Of a DNA stretch of 64,000 nucleotides, positions 25,961-37,993 are shown in pieces; the stretch's first letter is position 1; every line of letters begins with the position of its first letter. Both the position numbers and the translations under genes were made by a program. The DNA is from Podarcis erhardii (taxonomy: Eukaryota): NCBI GenBank assembly GCA_964252035.1, contig CAXUOO010000048.1; one strand, given 5' to 3'. The notes under the pieces are model-generated. The model worked only from the letters and a program-made list of their open reading frames with translations. It was not told where the DNA came from and made no database searches.

Positions 25961-28900
25961 GACAATGTTTGTCACACTAGATGTGAACCAGTTTTTTTCG
26001 TAATTCAGCGCGCATTCCCTGCGACAGCCTGCCATGATGTCCTCTTGGTCTGTGAGGCATTAAAGGCCCACATCCAGTGTCCTCTCTGACAGGTGACCGC
26101 GCATGATTCTTTCGTAATTCTAATGCTTTCGCTATAGCGCTCGAGCCAATCTCACTCATTAGAAGAGCAGCCTCAGCTTTGTCAGCAGCATTCAAATAGT
26201 ACGTATGAACCAGCAGAGACAGAAGAGAGCTTCCTACACACGCATCGAGTTCTTGCTGTGAAGTACTGTGGAGAGGCTAAATAAAATACGAGCTACATAT
26301 ATAGGTCTACTTGAAGAGGAAGAATCAGTAAAAATGAATTTTAATTCATACGCTATGCAGCCTCACCTTTTTTGTAAAAAATTTAGTATACAAACAAGCT
26401 GATTATGGAAACAAGCTGCATCGGTAACTACCAGGATTACCTCGGGGCGTCCCTTCCCTAAACTATTCTAGGAGACTTGCAGTCAAATTTTCGCGTTTCA
26501 GGTCAAAAGGTTTCGGACAATGTACCTATTTGCTTCAAGAACTCGATGAGGAAAGCTACTCCTGCTGTGGTTAGGTCACGTTGTCGAGTTCATGCTTAGC
26601 ATTATGTCCATTTGTATTAATCTTTCCCGCCCTTGGTACAACGTATTCGTACCATATGATAGACAAGCATGTGCGGCATATGTAGCTTTGCCCATATCTG
26701 GCAAAGTTGGAAATAGTGTTAATGTAAGCCGCTCCGCACTGCCCTGTATATCTGTCATCTTGTTTGATTGGCTGCCTAGCGCTGCTTGTAACCTGCGTTG
26801 AGCCGCATATTCTGAAAGTTCTTCAATGTGACACGACTGCCGGTGTGTCTTCAGTTAGCGCATGCTAAACCAGATCTGCAATCTTGTTATGAGTATAGGC
26901 ACCTATCGTCGAAGCTCAATTTGGGTGAAATACATCCGAAAAAACAATGCAGTATAGATGAAAGGGACACTGTAGTCATTTTGCGTAGATCTGACAGAGT
27001 ATTCGAGGAAAAGGGAGAGCAGAAGAAAATAAATGTCATTTTTTGAAAGAGTATATATAGTGTAATTTGATGATTCGTGTATGGCAGCGCTTTGCAGTTA
27101 CAGTGACCTTCAGTATCGAATGATGAATTGTGCCTCACACTGTAACCAATTGCGTGCAGAAGAAGTCTTGATGGAGCGGATCAGCATCTGAAGATTCCAT
27201 AACGACTGTCTTTTTTAGGATATTACTTAGCAAAAGATTCGTTAGTGCTACAGGCGAATGGCAAAACATGCAGCGTGTTTTGCAACAGCTCTCGATCTGC
27301 ACAATATTTATATGTGGGTGCCTTGACACCTTTCAGCTCCAGCAGTGCAAAAAAGAAAGAGAAATACATTAAAATTTTTGCGCGCTACATAGGGATAGAA
27401 TCTTTTCCTTCTTAAAACCGCTGACTCTGTAAAATGCTGAAATTTTCCATACACTTTTCATACTTTCTGAGCTCAGACGCCGTGAGGCACCATGCAAAAC
27501 AAACCTATCTTATGGTTCATAACGACCGTTCAGCGTACATGAACAGCGCAGCTGGTAGCGTAGAACATTTGCTGAAAACCGTACAGCTAGTATGCCGTAC
27601 AGCGTTTTGCTAAGAGTTTAACGCAAGGCGGGAACGAGTACACAATCACTAAGCCCAGAAAGTTACAGTTAGTGAACGCGTATCGTTTTATAAAATCTTT
27701 CATGCTTCAAGCGAAAAGACAATTTTAAATTGCGTAACACCCATGTAGCATACGAGTCAACGTGTGGAAATGAAGATTGCAAGAGGAGCTATGTATCGAC
27801 TTCCAGTTTCAGACGACCTGCAATTGGTAGCTTTTTTTTCTGATTGATGCCTTTTCAGCTGGTTGATATATAATGAAGGAAACTATGACTCGATTCAAAA
27901 ATAAATTTTTTGATCCTGTAAAACAATTAATGACACAGTATTGTGAATCAAATTTTGTACACCATCATCAGCGTGAGACATAAACAAGCAAGACAATGGA
28001 TACTACCGCAAGAAATTCTAAATCAAGGGTTGAGGAAAACCGCAATTGACTCACGATACCTTTCACCCTTGGTGCATAACTTAGATTCGGCGCGCAGCTA
28101 CTTCCCTGCGACATTCTCTGTAACGAGGTGCATAAACTCAGCTCAGATATCGTTTCACCTCTCTATCATGTGCGACAAAGCATCCGCCGTGTCGGCGTCG
28201 CTGTGTCAGTATGCACACCGTGCAAGTAATCACGAAAATATGTTGGACAAGAATCAAGGAAGCATCATGACAGCTAGCAACACCGTGCTCCTTGTGACCG
28301 CAGCTCACTACAAGGTACACAAATCCCGTACCAGTACAACATCCAGTGAAAAAAAAATACGTGTTTGGCCAGCAATATTGCTACTTAATGCTTGCTACTT
28401 GACGGTGATGTAAGGTGGCGCTTGGAGGGGAAGCTGCGAAGAGTTTACATACTGGAAGACCACGTTGTTTTAACTATCATTTACGCTTTTGCGCAAACGA
28501 ACTAGATCATATATACATAGTACATAGTCGTAATCAACTCACAGCATAGGTAATAGAAGATTCTGTGGAGACTAGAATTCACTCTGCTCGAATACAATGC
28601 ATTGCCTCGCTTATCTCAGCACTGTACCGCTGAGAGTGCTAAACAACCGTGAGACTTTTTCCAAGAACTGCTAGTTGCTGCTATATTTTTCGATAAAAAA
28701 ATGAATATGATGCAACTGCGCAACAATGTATGTCTACTATAATAGAGGAGCTGATGGCGAAAGTATTCCAGTTTGCAACCCGGTTGGCCGTTCACGTGTG
28801 AAAGCCGACGGCTCTGATGTGTGAATCCCTGCACTCCACCTTTCGCTGCCTCAAAATGTGAATGGAATACTGCATTACCCCGAGCCCGCCTTCGTCAAAA

Positions 28901-30446
28901 TACAGGAGTGCAAACTTTCAAAAGACGCAGTAACCAAAAACGTTCATTCGTTGTTCGATTGCATCTGAAATTACACGACTCAGCAGCGGAAGAGGTGCCT
29001 GGCGAGTACAAAAGCCGTCATTGTTTCAACAGTCTTTCAGGCTGCTATTACGTGACAATACAGATTTGTCACCAACAGGATAGTACAGTGCTAGAAGCAC
29101 CGCATTTTGCCAGTGTAATCTGCTCTCCAGCTCCACATCAAACAACACAAATGTCGTTGCATGCTGCAGCGCAAAAATGTAGTGTCCTCCTTGACCGCAG
29201 TCTTTATCTACTAGTTCCCACGTCGACACTAGCGCACTTGGTAGATTATAAACCAGTAATACGTATTTTTATAGAAGAAAATTATGATTTCGAGATGCTT
29301 CTTCCAAATATGCATATACAGATTGCCAGGATTTCACTCACTCTCACGACGACTACTACGCTAGCATTCGCATGCAGCTTCAAATGGTTCTTGCTCCTCT
29401 TATACTGCCGTCATAGCATTCGCATCTTTTTCAATTCCAAAGTTTAACCCGCGAGCTGCTCACTTGCAATCAAGGTTTAAGCGCGAAAAAGAACGGCATA
29501 TGCTGACACCTGCTGCCCTTCCGCAATGTGTGCTACCGTGTCACATCTGTAATAAATTCATATTTGCTGCTGCCGAATCGGCGTTGCCGTAGATTTTTCA
29601 AAACTGTCCAAACTGCTAACTTTATTTTGTTATTCATCACTTGCGCTTCTCTATCTCATGGCCGTGTTGCCACTTCTTACGCGTAAACTGTGTGCCACTG
29701 GATGCTTTTTTCCATACTGGATAACAGTTGGACGTATATACATTGTGGAAAGTAAGTACATCGCTGATCGTTCATGGTAGATAAACGTTGCTTCATCTAC
29801 ACTTCCGGTTTTTCAAACGAGTATTTATCAATGCTAGAGAATGGCAAACACGGGTAGAGTCACCGACTGTTTGATTGACATTCTAATGCGGTAAATGCTT
29901 AGATTATTTCAAAGGTTTCAATTGCTTTGGTCAATCCCGAATTAGAGAACAAATTTACGAAGCTTTTCAAAACCGCATCGATTCCAGTAAAGCCAAATGC
30001 GTCTGCGGAGATCAAATTTGATAGCCGAAAGCGCAAATGTAGATGAAAAACTTTTAGCAAGAGTTTAGCGATCCCCCCGCCACCACAGCAAATATTCTCT
30101 ACCAATTCTTTGTCAATAGCTTTTTTGCATGTAACTATTGCAGCGGATGTGGCGCAGTGTGAAGCTTGTGTCCGCGACAGTGTTCAAAATATATATGCTT
30201 GTTCTATATCATAATTTCTCTATTGTATATCAGCTGTGTCAATATAAGTGCGGGTGGTAGCTGAAGATTGAAATGCTCAACCACTCTATCCGTAGGATGC
30301 ACTGTAAATTCGAACCTAATAGTGTGTACACTCGGTCTTATAAGAAGGTCTAGTATTATGTTTTTTTGAACGTACAGAATGATGCGACAGTGCGTACAAA
30401 ATCCGATGTTTTGGCCCTTCTATGAACCTTCGGTTAAAGCATAAGC

Positions 30447-33400
30447 ATGCTGGGAGACCGTGATAGTGGAGGAGGACTACCTTCTAGTCCTTTCTCCTCC
30501 AGCAGCACGTCTGACTGGCAATGTATCGACAGCGTGTGGTATCGCAAGCTACACGTTTACGATATGCTATGGGACAAGGAGCGATTACGATTTAAATTTT
30601 TTCTTGTTGCAGCAGCTCCTTTTGGTGGACCCATAGCTTGTGTGAGAAACGAGAAGGTATTTCAGCCCGCGCGGAAAAGTTTGAAGCCTGAACTGCAGGT
30701 GCGCTGCACTGTTCTGTGTCTCGGAAGATTCTGACTATCATGTCCGTGATCTAGGCTGTTATACTGTTTTTTTACTTGATTAGACAGCTAACGGTGTACT
30801 CTACATGGGTGACGAGCGCATTTGACTGCCTTTGCTCAGATATATACTGCACGCGGAAGGCTTATTGCCAAAACAGTCTGGACTTACAGTCGCCTCATAT
30901 GTATGGACTGGAACGCGGAAGAGGTACGCTTGACACTCAGTTGTATTCAGAGCTCACAGTAACTTTCCTAGAATGGTAGCTTTGAGTTTCCACAATGGAG
31001 TTTCTTCCCTAGCACAATGATTTTTCACAAACGTAGGTTCGACGCTGCAACGGCAACCAGTAGCGGATACTCCGAAGCAGCATAGGATGTGCTAATCTGA
31101 TATATATTTAGCTGAACAGTTCCAGTTGGAAGAAGTATGGTAATGAAACTGGGTTTGAGTTCAAAATTATAAGACTCTTGCTGCAATGTTTGCAATGACG
31201 TCTTCAAAATCCACACGTATCGCATAGGAGTTCTGTATTGCTTTGTCTTTCTTTCTGGCGTTCTCAGGTTTTAGTATGTGTTTTTCAAGATGGCGTTGTA
31301 AGAACATTTTCTCCACACTGCGAGAAGTTGCATTTTTTCCTGATGGATGAACGAATTAGAGTTGATGGCGGAATAATCCAAGCTTACATTGCTGACTGCG
31401 GTATCATCGCTGTCACTGCAGCGCTAAAAATTTACGTAAATCAAGCATTTGACTGCGCGCAAGTAATTCTCCTCCCTGAAGCTGGTAAAATATTCACGTC
31501 GAATGCAAGCACTACCGAGTTTTCTTATGAAAACACTACACGTTTTTTCCAAACCCGTTTAATACGTATATGCTGTAATGTGAAGGCATCATCATACAAT
31601 TTCAGTTTGATATATGTGGTTACATCCTAACTTGACCTCAACTAATTCCGCTCTGTTTTGATCTTGATAAATTTCCGATCTACTGCATGCGCAGGCCTGC
31701 GAGGACCTCCTTATTCACTTTGTCCTCTGCTCTCGCGCGGCCCTTCTTTTTTCACGATGAACAGCTTTACTTCAACGTCTTCATATGCAGTGAAACTCCC
31801 GGATCCGCGCTTACTAGTTGGATCGGAGAATGGTTCTTTGTTGCTAGTTGATAAGACGAGGTGTATCGACTTGGAGTACGTGCTGTACCAAATTGTCTTC
31901 TTTTGTTGCCTACTCGCCTTTACAGCGCAATTTGGTTTGTGGCTGATGCCGAGAGAGCTGTTTTGTGTTTCCACATATCACATTTCAAATTTTGTTCCCC
32001 GATGCGCATCTTTGTCTCGGCAACGGATGGAGAACCGAAAAAAAACTGGATGCTGTCAACGTTTGCGGCTTTTCGTTATATGTCTTTCCTTTCTGGAGAC
32101 CTGCACAACAATATGAACTATATATATATTCAGCTGGTATATTGCAATCTATATTGCATCCTATGCTTTTTTTTCCAGAGTGGGTGACGGACCGTACGCC
32201 GTTTTGTCTCTTTCCCGATCTGGACATTTGCTTGCCTGTTTGTCAACTGCAGGGTAAGCTGAGCTGCGGAAAACGAGAAGCAAATGTGGCTTCTTTCTCC
32301 TGAGTCCTCATTTTTACTCATGATAGCTTTGTATATTGTATAGTTAGTGGAAAGAGAATATAGGTGTGATATTACGGTGGGAAACACGCTGCTGTGTGTG
32401 TTTCTTGGTAGAATTCTGAAGGTTTTTTCTGCTGACTCTACACCTCGCTGCATTGTATCTCTTTGCTTGGAGAGGCAACGGCGCCCTAGGCAAGTGATGT
32501 GGTGCGGGGACGACTGCATAGCGTTGAATATACCTATGCGTACTCCCTCAGGAGACACTCAGGTTGGTTTTTTTCTGGCATTCTATCTGGCAGCTTGTTC
32601 AAAAGAACATTAGATTCGCGTGATCTGTGCACTGGCACTTTCAGCTTGTCATCTACAAATGTATGTGTGCTTGTAGGTATGTATGCTTATAGGTATTCGT
32701 ACGTACATCCACATATAGATACAGATTCATGTAGGTATTCTGTGCAAACGTACACTTGACCATCACATCTGCTTCATGATGCAAGTAGAGTATATTACTT
32801 CTAGATCTGGTTCTTCCGTTTGTGTAGTACTTTCCTAGATTGTGATTATTTTTTTTTTCGTTCGTGTAAATCGAGATTTAATAGGTATAGTTCATGATTC
32901 GGCGCTAAAATTCTTCTCTTACATTTAACCAGCACGTGCTCCTTCTAGGAGGTCCGAAAAATGAATGGCTCCCCTACCAGTACGGCAGTGAAAGCCACGG
33001 CAGCGACGGCATTTTCCTTGTACCTGAAGTGGATGGGTTAAGAATTTTGACTGCCACACAGACTGAATTTCTTCACCGTGTTGCACCTAGCACTGATGCA
33101 ATTTACGCGATCGGAAGTTGTGAACCAGCAGCTATGCTATGTTATGCCGTGGAGAAATTTAAAGGAGCTGACCCTGCTGCAGACGAAAGTTTGAGATCGA
33201 TCAAAGAAGATCTGGGTAAGAGCACAACGGCTTGTACCTCTTGAATAAAATGACAAACATATCTACTAGAGATATAGCGACATCATGAGATTGATTTTGT
33301 TGTTCCGTATTCATGCACGGTTGCTTGCTGGAGCTTCAAGCTGCAGGTATATCCGGCTGCGCATGTGGCATGAAAGCCCTCAAATCCTTTTCGCTGCCGC

Positions 33401-36400
33401 TATCCACTTAGTGTGAAGACGTGAAAGAAATATGTTTTTGATAATTTAATTGAACGTTACACACATTTGACTTGTAACAATACATGCACTAGACAGTGAT
33501 ATGTAACAAATATAGTACTTTTTACTGCAAGGACGAAAAATAATTTGATTGGTTCTTTTATGATGGATAGGCATTGTTGCGTTTCGTGATGTTTCAGCAG
33601 AAGTTAAGGCAAATAAAACTTTCATGCCCTTCCACTATTCAGCTGGCTTTCCGGTGGCATTTTTTCTTTTTTACTACGGGCATCACATCAAACACTATTT
33701 TCTTTGTAATGAATTTGTAATTTAGCGCTAGATTGTTTTCTACAGAATAGAGTGACTCTGGTTGTACTTTATTTTTTATCTCTGCAAGGAACTGCGACGG
33801 AGGTGTGCATTGATGCTTCTATATACGAATGGAAGTTTGAGCAAGCAGCGCTCCTGTTGCAAGCGGCTGCCTTTGGTCGTCAATTTCTCAATGAAGCAAA
33901 ACAACAAACGTGTCATCGATTTGTCCGGGCCTGTAGAGATCTGAGGTAAATGAGTGTCATGACGAGCTCGATCTGAAACGTAGTTTTTCATGCAGGTCCA
34001 GAGATCAGTGGGGCTTTAAGCCGACGATGCAATGAAAGTAAAGTAAGTATCGCTTTCACATCATTCCGCAGCGATGACGGCAGAGGCTGGCGCCATTTTA
34101 TTGTCACGCCTTGGCATCGGGTCTGTTGTTTTGCTTTTCTTCTAGAATATTATATGCTGTAAGACAGCGGCCGCTAGATATGGCATTGTCAGTTGCTCAG
34201 CTGCGCCACCTCACAATTTCTGCACTAGTCCGTCGGATTGCCAGGTGAGAAGATTTAACAATTAGGTAAGAGTTTCCTCATATGTGCAAACTCGATTTCA
34301 CCACTTGTTCTCTCGTGTGAACGAAAAGTGTACTACGACATATCCTCGCATGCGCCTGAGAGATTCATTCTCTGCAATTTAAAAGGAATGGTGTGCATGT
34401 ACACTTGTGTAATTCCACGCGCTTGCGCCCATATAGCAGTTTTCCTTACCTATATAAAGCTCCCTTATCAAATCAACGGCGCGCATCTCTTCATCCATAA
34501 GCAGGCAGATCGTTTCGTCTATATAATGTATTTGTGCATTCCGAAGATCAAGAAAGTGATGGCATTGCTTTGTTTCAGCAAGTTTTCGAGGTAGGCCGAT
34601 TTTGCGAATGCGTGTGAGTGGCACGTGAAAAGTATTGTCCTGTCATAACTTGGTATGAGTGTGTGTGCGTGTGTATTTGTGAGCGCTCCGGAAGTTTGAG
34701 AAGTATTTTCACTGTTTTGTCAAAGGTATCAAACGTAACTTGTAATTCATTGGGTATAGACTTGACGGCTTTTTTTTCCCTTTTTCGCAGTCGACGCGAA
34801 CACCTACTCGCATATCGCATATGTCAGTACGTGGGTTTGCCGCCTCACACCGTGCTTGCGTCGTGGGCTTTGGAGAAGATAACTCACAGCATAAGTCTGA
34901 CGGATGAGGAGCTTTCCAAAGTTGTTTGTCAGCGGCTCTTAGGCGTATCACACGGCATTTATGGGTCTCCACCGCAAGATGGCGTTTTGTCAGGGCCATC
35001 TGGGAAAGCTGCCGCTTTACCTTTTGCACGTGTGTGGCTTTGCGCTGCTCAAGCTGGCAGGCCTGTACTGGCCACACGTTTGGTAGAATTTGAAACACTT
35101 ACAAAGGTAAGCACTGACACGCGGAACGCGGATTTTTATACATTGTTGGAGTTTGAATATAGTGAGAATAGAGTAATGACGGAGGAAAGCGTGAGGGTCG
35201 AATCGTCACAGGAGAAGACGTGGCGGTTTATGAAAGTTGTGGAAGTAGAATCGCTAAAAAGGGAGGCGGCGGCGATTGAGAATCTAGCAGAAATTTGTTG
35301 ACATCGAAATGAGGCGCGTCCAAAGACAACGTGCGGACGCTAGCTTACGCGGACTAGTCAAGGATACTTATCGAATTGTACCTAGGAGATATCCAACGCA
35401 ATTGCGTCGTTTTGCAACACCGACATGGGGTGATTTCAAGACAAGGGTAAAGCGATTCTGGTGAATCTGCAACACTGGCAGCAGTGGAGGTGCAGTGTCT
35501 GAAGCAGTCACGCTCGATATTTATGAAATGTAGTGGACAGTTATTGTTCTTTGCAACATTGATGTGGGGAAGCGGCTAAGAATCATATCGTTTGACTGAG
35601 CGGTCGTACTGAAAGCAGGTGCTGTTCCCTGAGAAATACGTTTCTGTCTTCATTTACATTTGCTTAGACAGGTTACTTTGACAGTGCATACTGCACTTCC
35701 TGTGTTGTGTTAGTCCGCCGAGTCAATGTTGATAAGAGTTTCTTGCTTGGAGCGGTTTGAAAAGTTGTTATGTGCAAATGCGGTTTTCTCATTTCATTCT
35801 TGTGCTGCAACCGATTTCGCTTTTGGCAGACTTCCTTCCTTTCACATTCCTATCAAAACAGATACCCTCCGTATATGGCGCATGAAGTGACACTCCTCCT
35901 AGGTCTTGCTGTGTCAAATATCATCTTAAGACCTTAGTTTTTATATTCAGCGGTTATCCGCCCCTCATCAGGAGATTAAGGGACTTTGCCACATATGAAG
36001 GCTATTTATCTCGTTGGTTTGTGTGATCGTCAATCTTTCTGTCCACGCATAGTGCGTCTTCTATGTTCATTCTCTTATGGCTTTTTACTTAGGAGCAAGT
36101 ACGAATGCTTTTGAAATTGGCGGAACTTGATATCGCTACAGATAAAGCTGTCGCGTCAGGGAATTTTGATCTTATAATGGCTTGCATCTCAACTGCTCTT
36201 GCTCATGAGCATGGCGCACGAATCGGCGAGTGAGTTATTTTCTGTTAGCGCTCCTATGACAATAAGAAACGAAGAATGCGTAGATCGTGCCAGATATCTC
36301 GGTAGTTGCAGATGTGTATGCGTCAGACTGTTGCATCGATCTGCTTGACGTCAAAGTCTGTAATGTTGCTCTGAATTTGGTGTGCTATCCAGACCAGATT

Positions 36401-36584
36401 TGTGTCTTCTTGGAGAAGTTCTAGATAAACGACCCCTAGCTCACGCTCTTTTTGTCCTGTATTGCAAAGAAACATCTCAAAGAATGCTGGTATGTAATAC
36501 ATCTGCTTCACTGCTCTTGCAGGAAACCATGCGTTTGTGTGCAAATCTTTATTCAAGTCGTGTACACACAGAGAGGTATATAGT

Positions 36585-36628
<44 letters not shown>

Positions 36629-37993
36629 TTTTTTTATTTTGCTGATGATCCATTTGTTATCTGCTTCATTTGATGTGTGCTTAGCTCCAACAACACTACG
36701 AGCGTAGCACCTGGTCAAATTCCGCAGGCTGGACTGCAGTCAGCATTGCCAATAGGGAGAAGACCTTAGAAGGCAAGAAAAGCTGGCTGAATTATGCTGC
36801 CGAATTATTCAGTACATGCGCTCCTACGGACATGGCAGCATGGGCTCATACAAGTTGTCTGGATGAGATTTCCTATGTGACTTTTATGGTGAGGCCCATC
36901 CGTTGACAAAGCCGTGCGTTACGGTATAGGTTCGGTAGTTGAACAAGAATGGATTTTTTTGCGCAGTGAATCGGCCGAAGCTGTGCGTCCAAGACGTTCG
37001 TTTCCTAAGCTGATTTTCATTTAAGAAAGTTGGTGCTGCTTGGCGATCTTATCCTTATTCAATTTCAATGCAGTTGGAGCGTGCGGCTGCATCTCACGGC
37101 CTGGGTGGTAAAATCATTTCAGGAGATTCTTTCAATGCGCCGTTGATGTCTTACATTAGGGAGCTCATTCTCAGGTAGGGGTAGGTGGCTGCAAAATATT
37201 GTGGGTATTGTCACGCACATATAAGTGCATAGTATGTGTCGGGTCACAGCAAACTTCCGCATACACTTATGAAAGCTCAGTATAAGTGAAATAAATACAT
37301 TAGCCATTCTCCCCATTACAACTTCTGCTTATGTCTGGTTTCAGGATGAAATTAAAAGAAGCCGACGTGTTTCAAAAGTGCTTCAGATCCCTGATAAGCG
37401 GTATTGGAAGTGCAAAATTGATGCGCTTGCGGATGGGTACTTCAAACACTCTTATTGTTGACAGATTGCGAAGTTTTGTTTAAAAACATGTTGTAATGAG
37501 TTCTTGAACGAGTTACTAAACTTTACTTTTTCTCTGCTTCTCTCAACAGGTGTCATTTTGATGAGCTCCTTCGATTTGCTGATCATTCAAACTCTTACGT
37601 AGACCACGAGCCTTTCATAATGGCTTGCGTAAGAAATGCCGCTTTGCCTATCGCAGGTGCGTGCACGCATCTGAGCATAGATCAAATCCTCCTTAAAAGA
37701 GCGCAACCCATTTGACACACGGTGCAGAACAGAATATTTTCTAGATTGCAAAGCTTTCTTGAGTTGTGCCACTGGCAACACTTACTAATTCGTTCTACGG
37801 CTGCGGAATTTATTCAACCAATGCACAAAAATATTTCGTTCATAAAAATCGATGTGTTGTTTACTATATGTAATTCATTTGAGCAGTGCAATTTGTTCAA
37901 AAGTTAAATAATCCCTCACGACAAGCTTTGTGGTACACTTTCTTCGGGATGAAAAATGAAGCTGAAATGGCAGCAGAACGAGCGACACACCAG
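30447..37993 (+). CDS. VPS16: Vacuolar protein sorting 16 (HOPS/CORVET core subunit), at least 17 exons, >887 aa
   Basis: Phase-consistent GT-AG exons: 30447-30698, 30840-30923, 31268-31484, 31695-31875, 32179-32253, 32412-32562, 32933-33215, 33789-33945, 34146-34244, 34791-35106, 36093-36229, 36393-36489, 36685-36888, 37074-37174, 37345-37436, 37550-37656, 37887-37993. Vps16 motifs seen: WYRKLHVYDMLW, AAAPFGGPIA, EVDGLRILT, RREHLLAYRIC, IPDKRYWKCKIDAL, EPFIMAC. One 1-nt frameshift at ~37385. The terminal exon is uncertain (candidate 38611-38676, ending in TGA). Confidence 0.93.
36588..36625. repeat. (AT)n microsatellite, VPS16 intron 12
   Basis: Perfect AT run following cacagagaggtata. Confidence 0.97.

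Larger units (their letters stand above)
20400..28900 (+). repeat. Segmental duplicate of ~11.5-18.75 kb (DDI1 intron 6, UBA exon and downstream block B)
   Basis: Collinear anchors (approximate positions): ctatttcgacaaaaca (11.9k/20.8k), cacatggcc..gcgttgtaatgta (12.5k/21.45k), tgctgtgac.tggcggatgttt (13.9k/22.97k), tcttgtgggt.atg.taaagtt (14.6k/23.6k), gtattaatctttc (16.4k/26.6k), gtgctacaggcgaatg.caaaacatgca (17.1k/27.25k), ctgtaccgctg (18.49k/28.62k), tgaatggaa..ctgcattac (18.73k/28.86k). Confidence 0.9.

Noticed and set aside
33762-35098. Alternative-frame and antisense ORFs over VPS16 (33762, 33776, 34709), mirrored at 49935-50290
   Set aside because: Shadows of real VPS16 exons. Their similarity between loci only reflects the nucleotide duplication.
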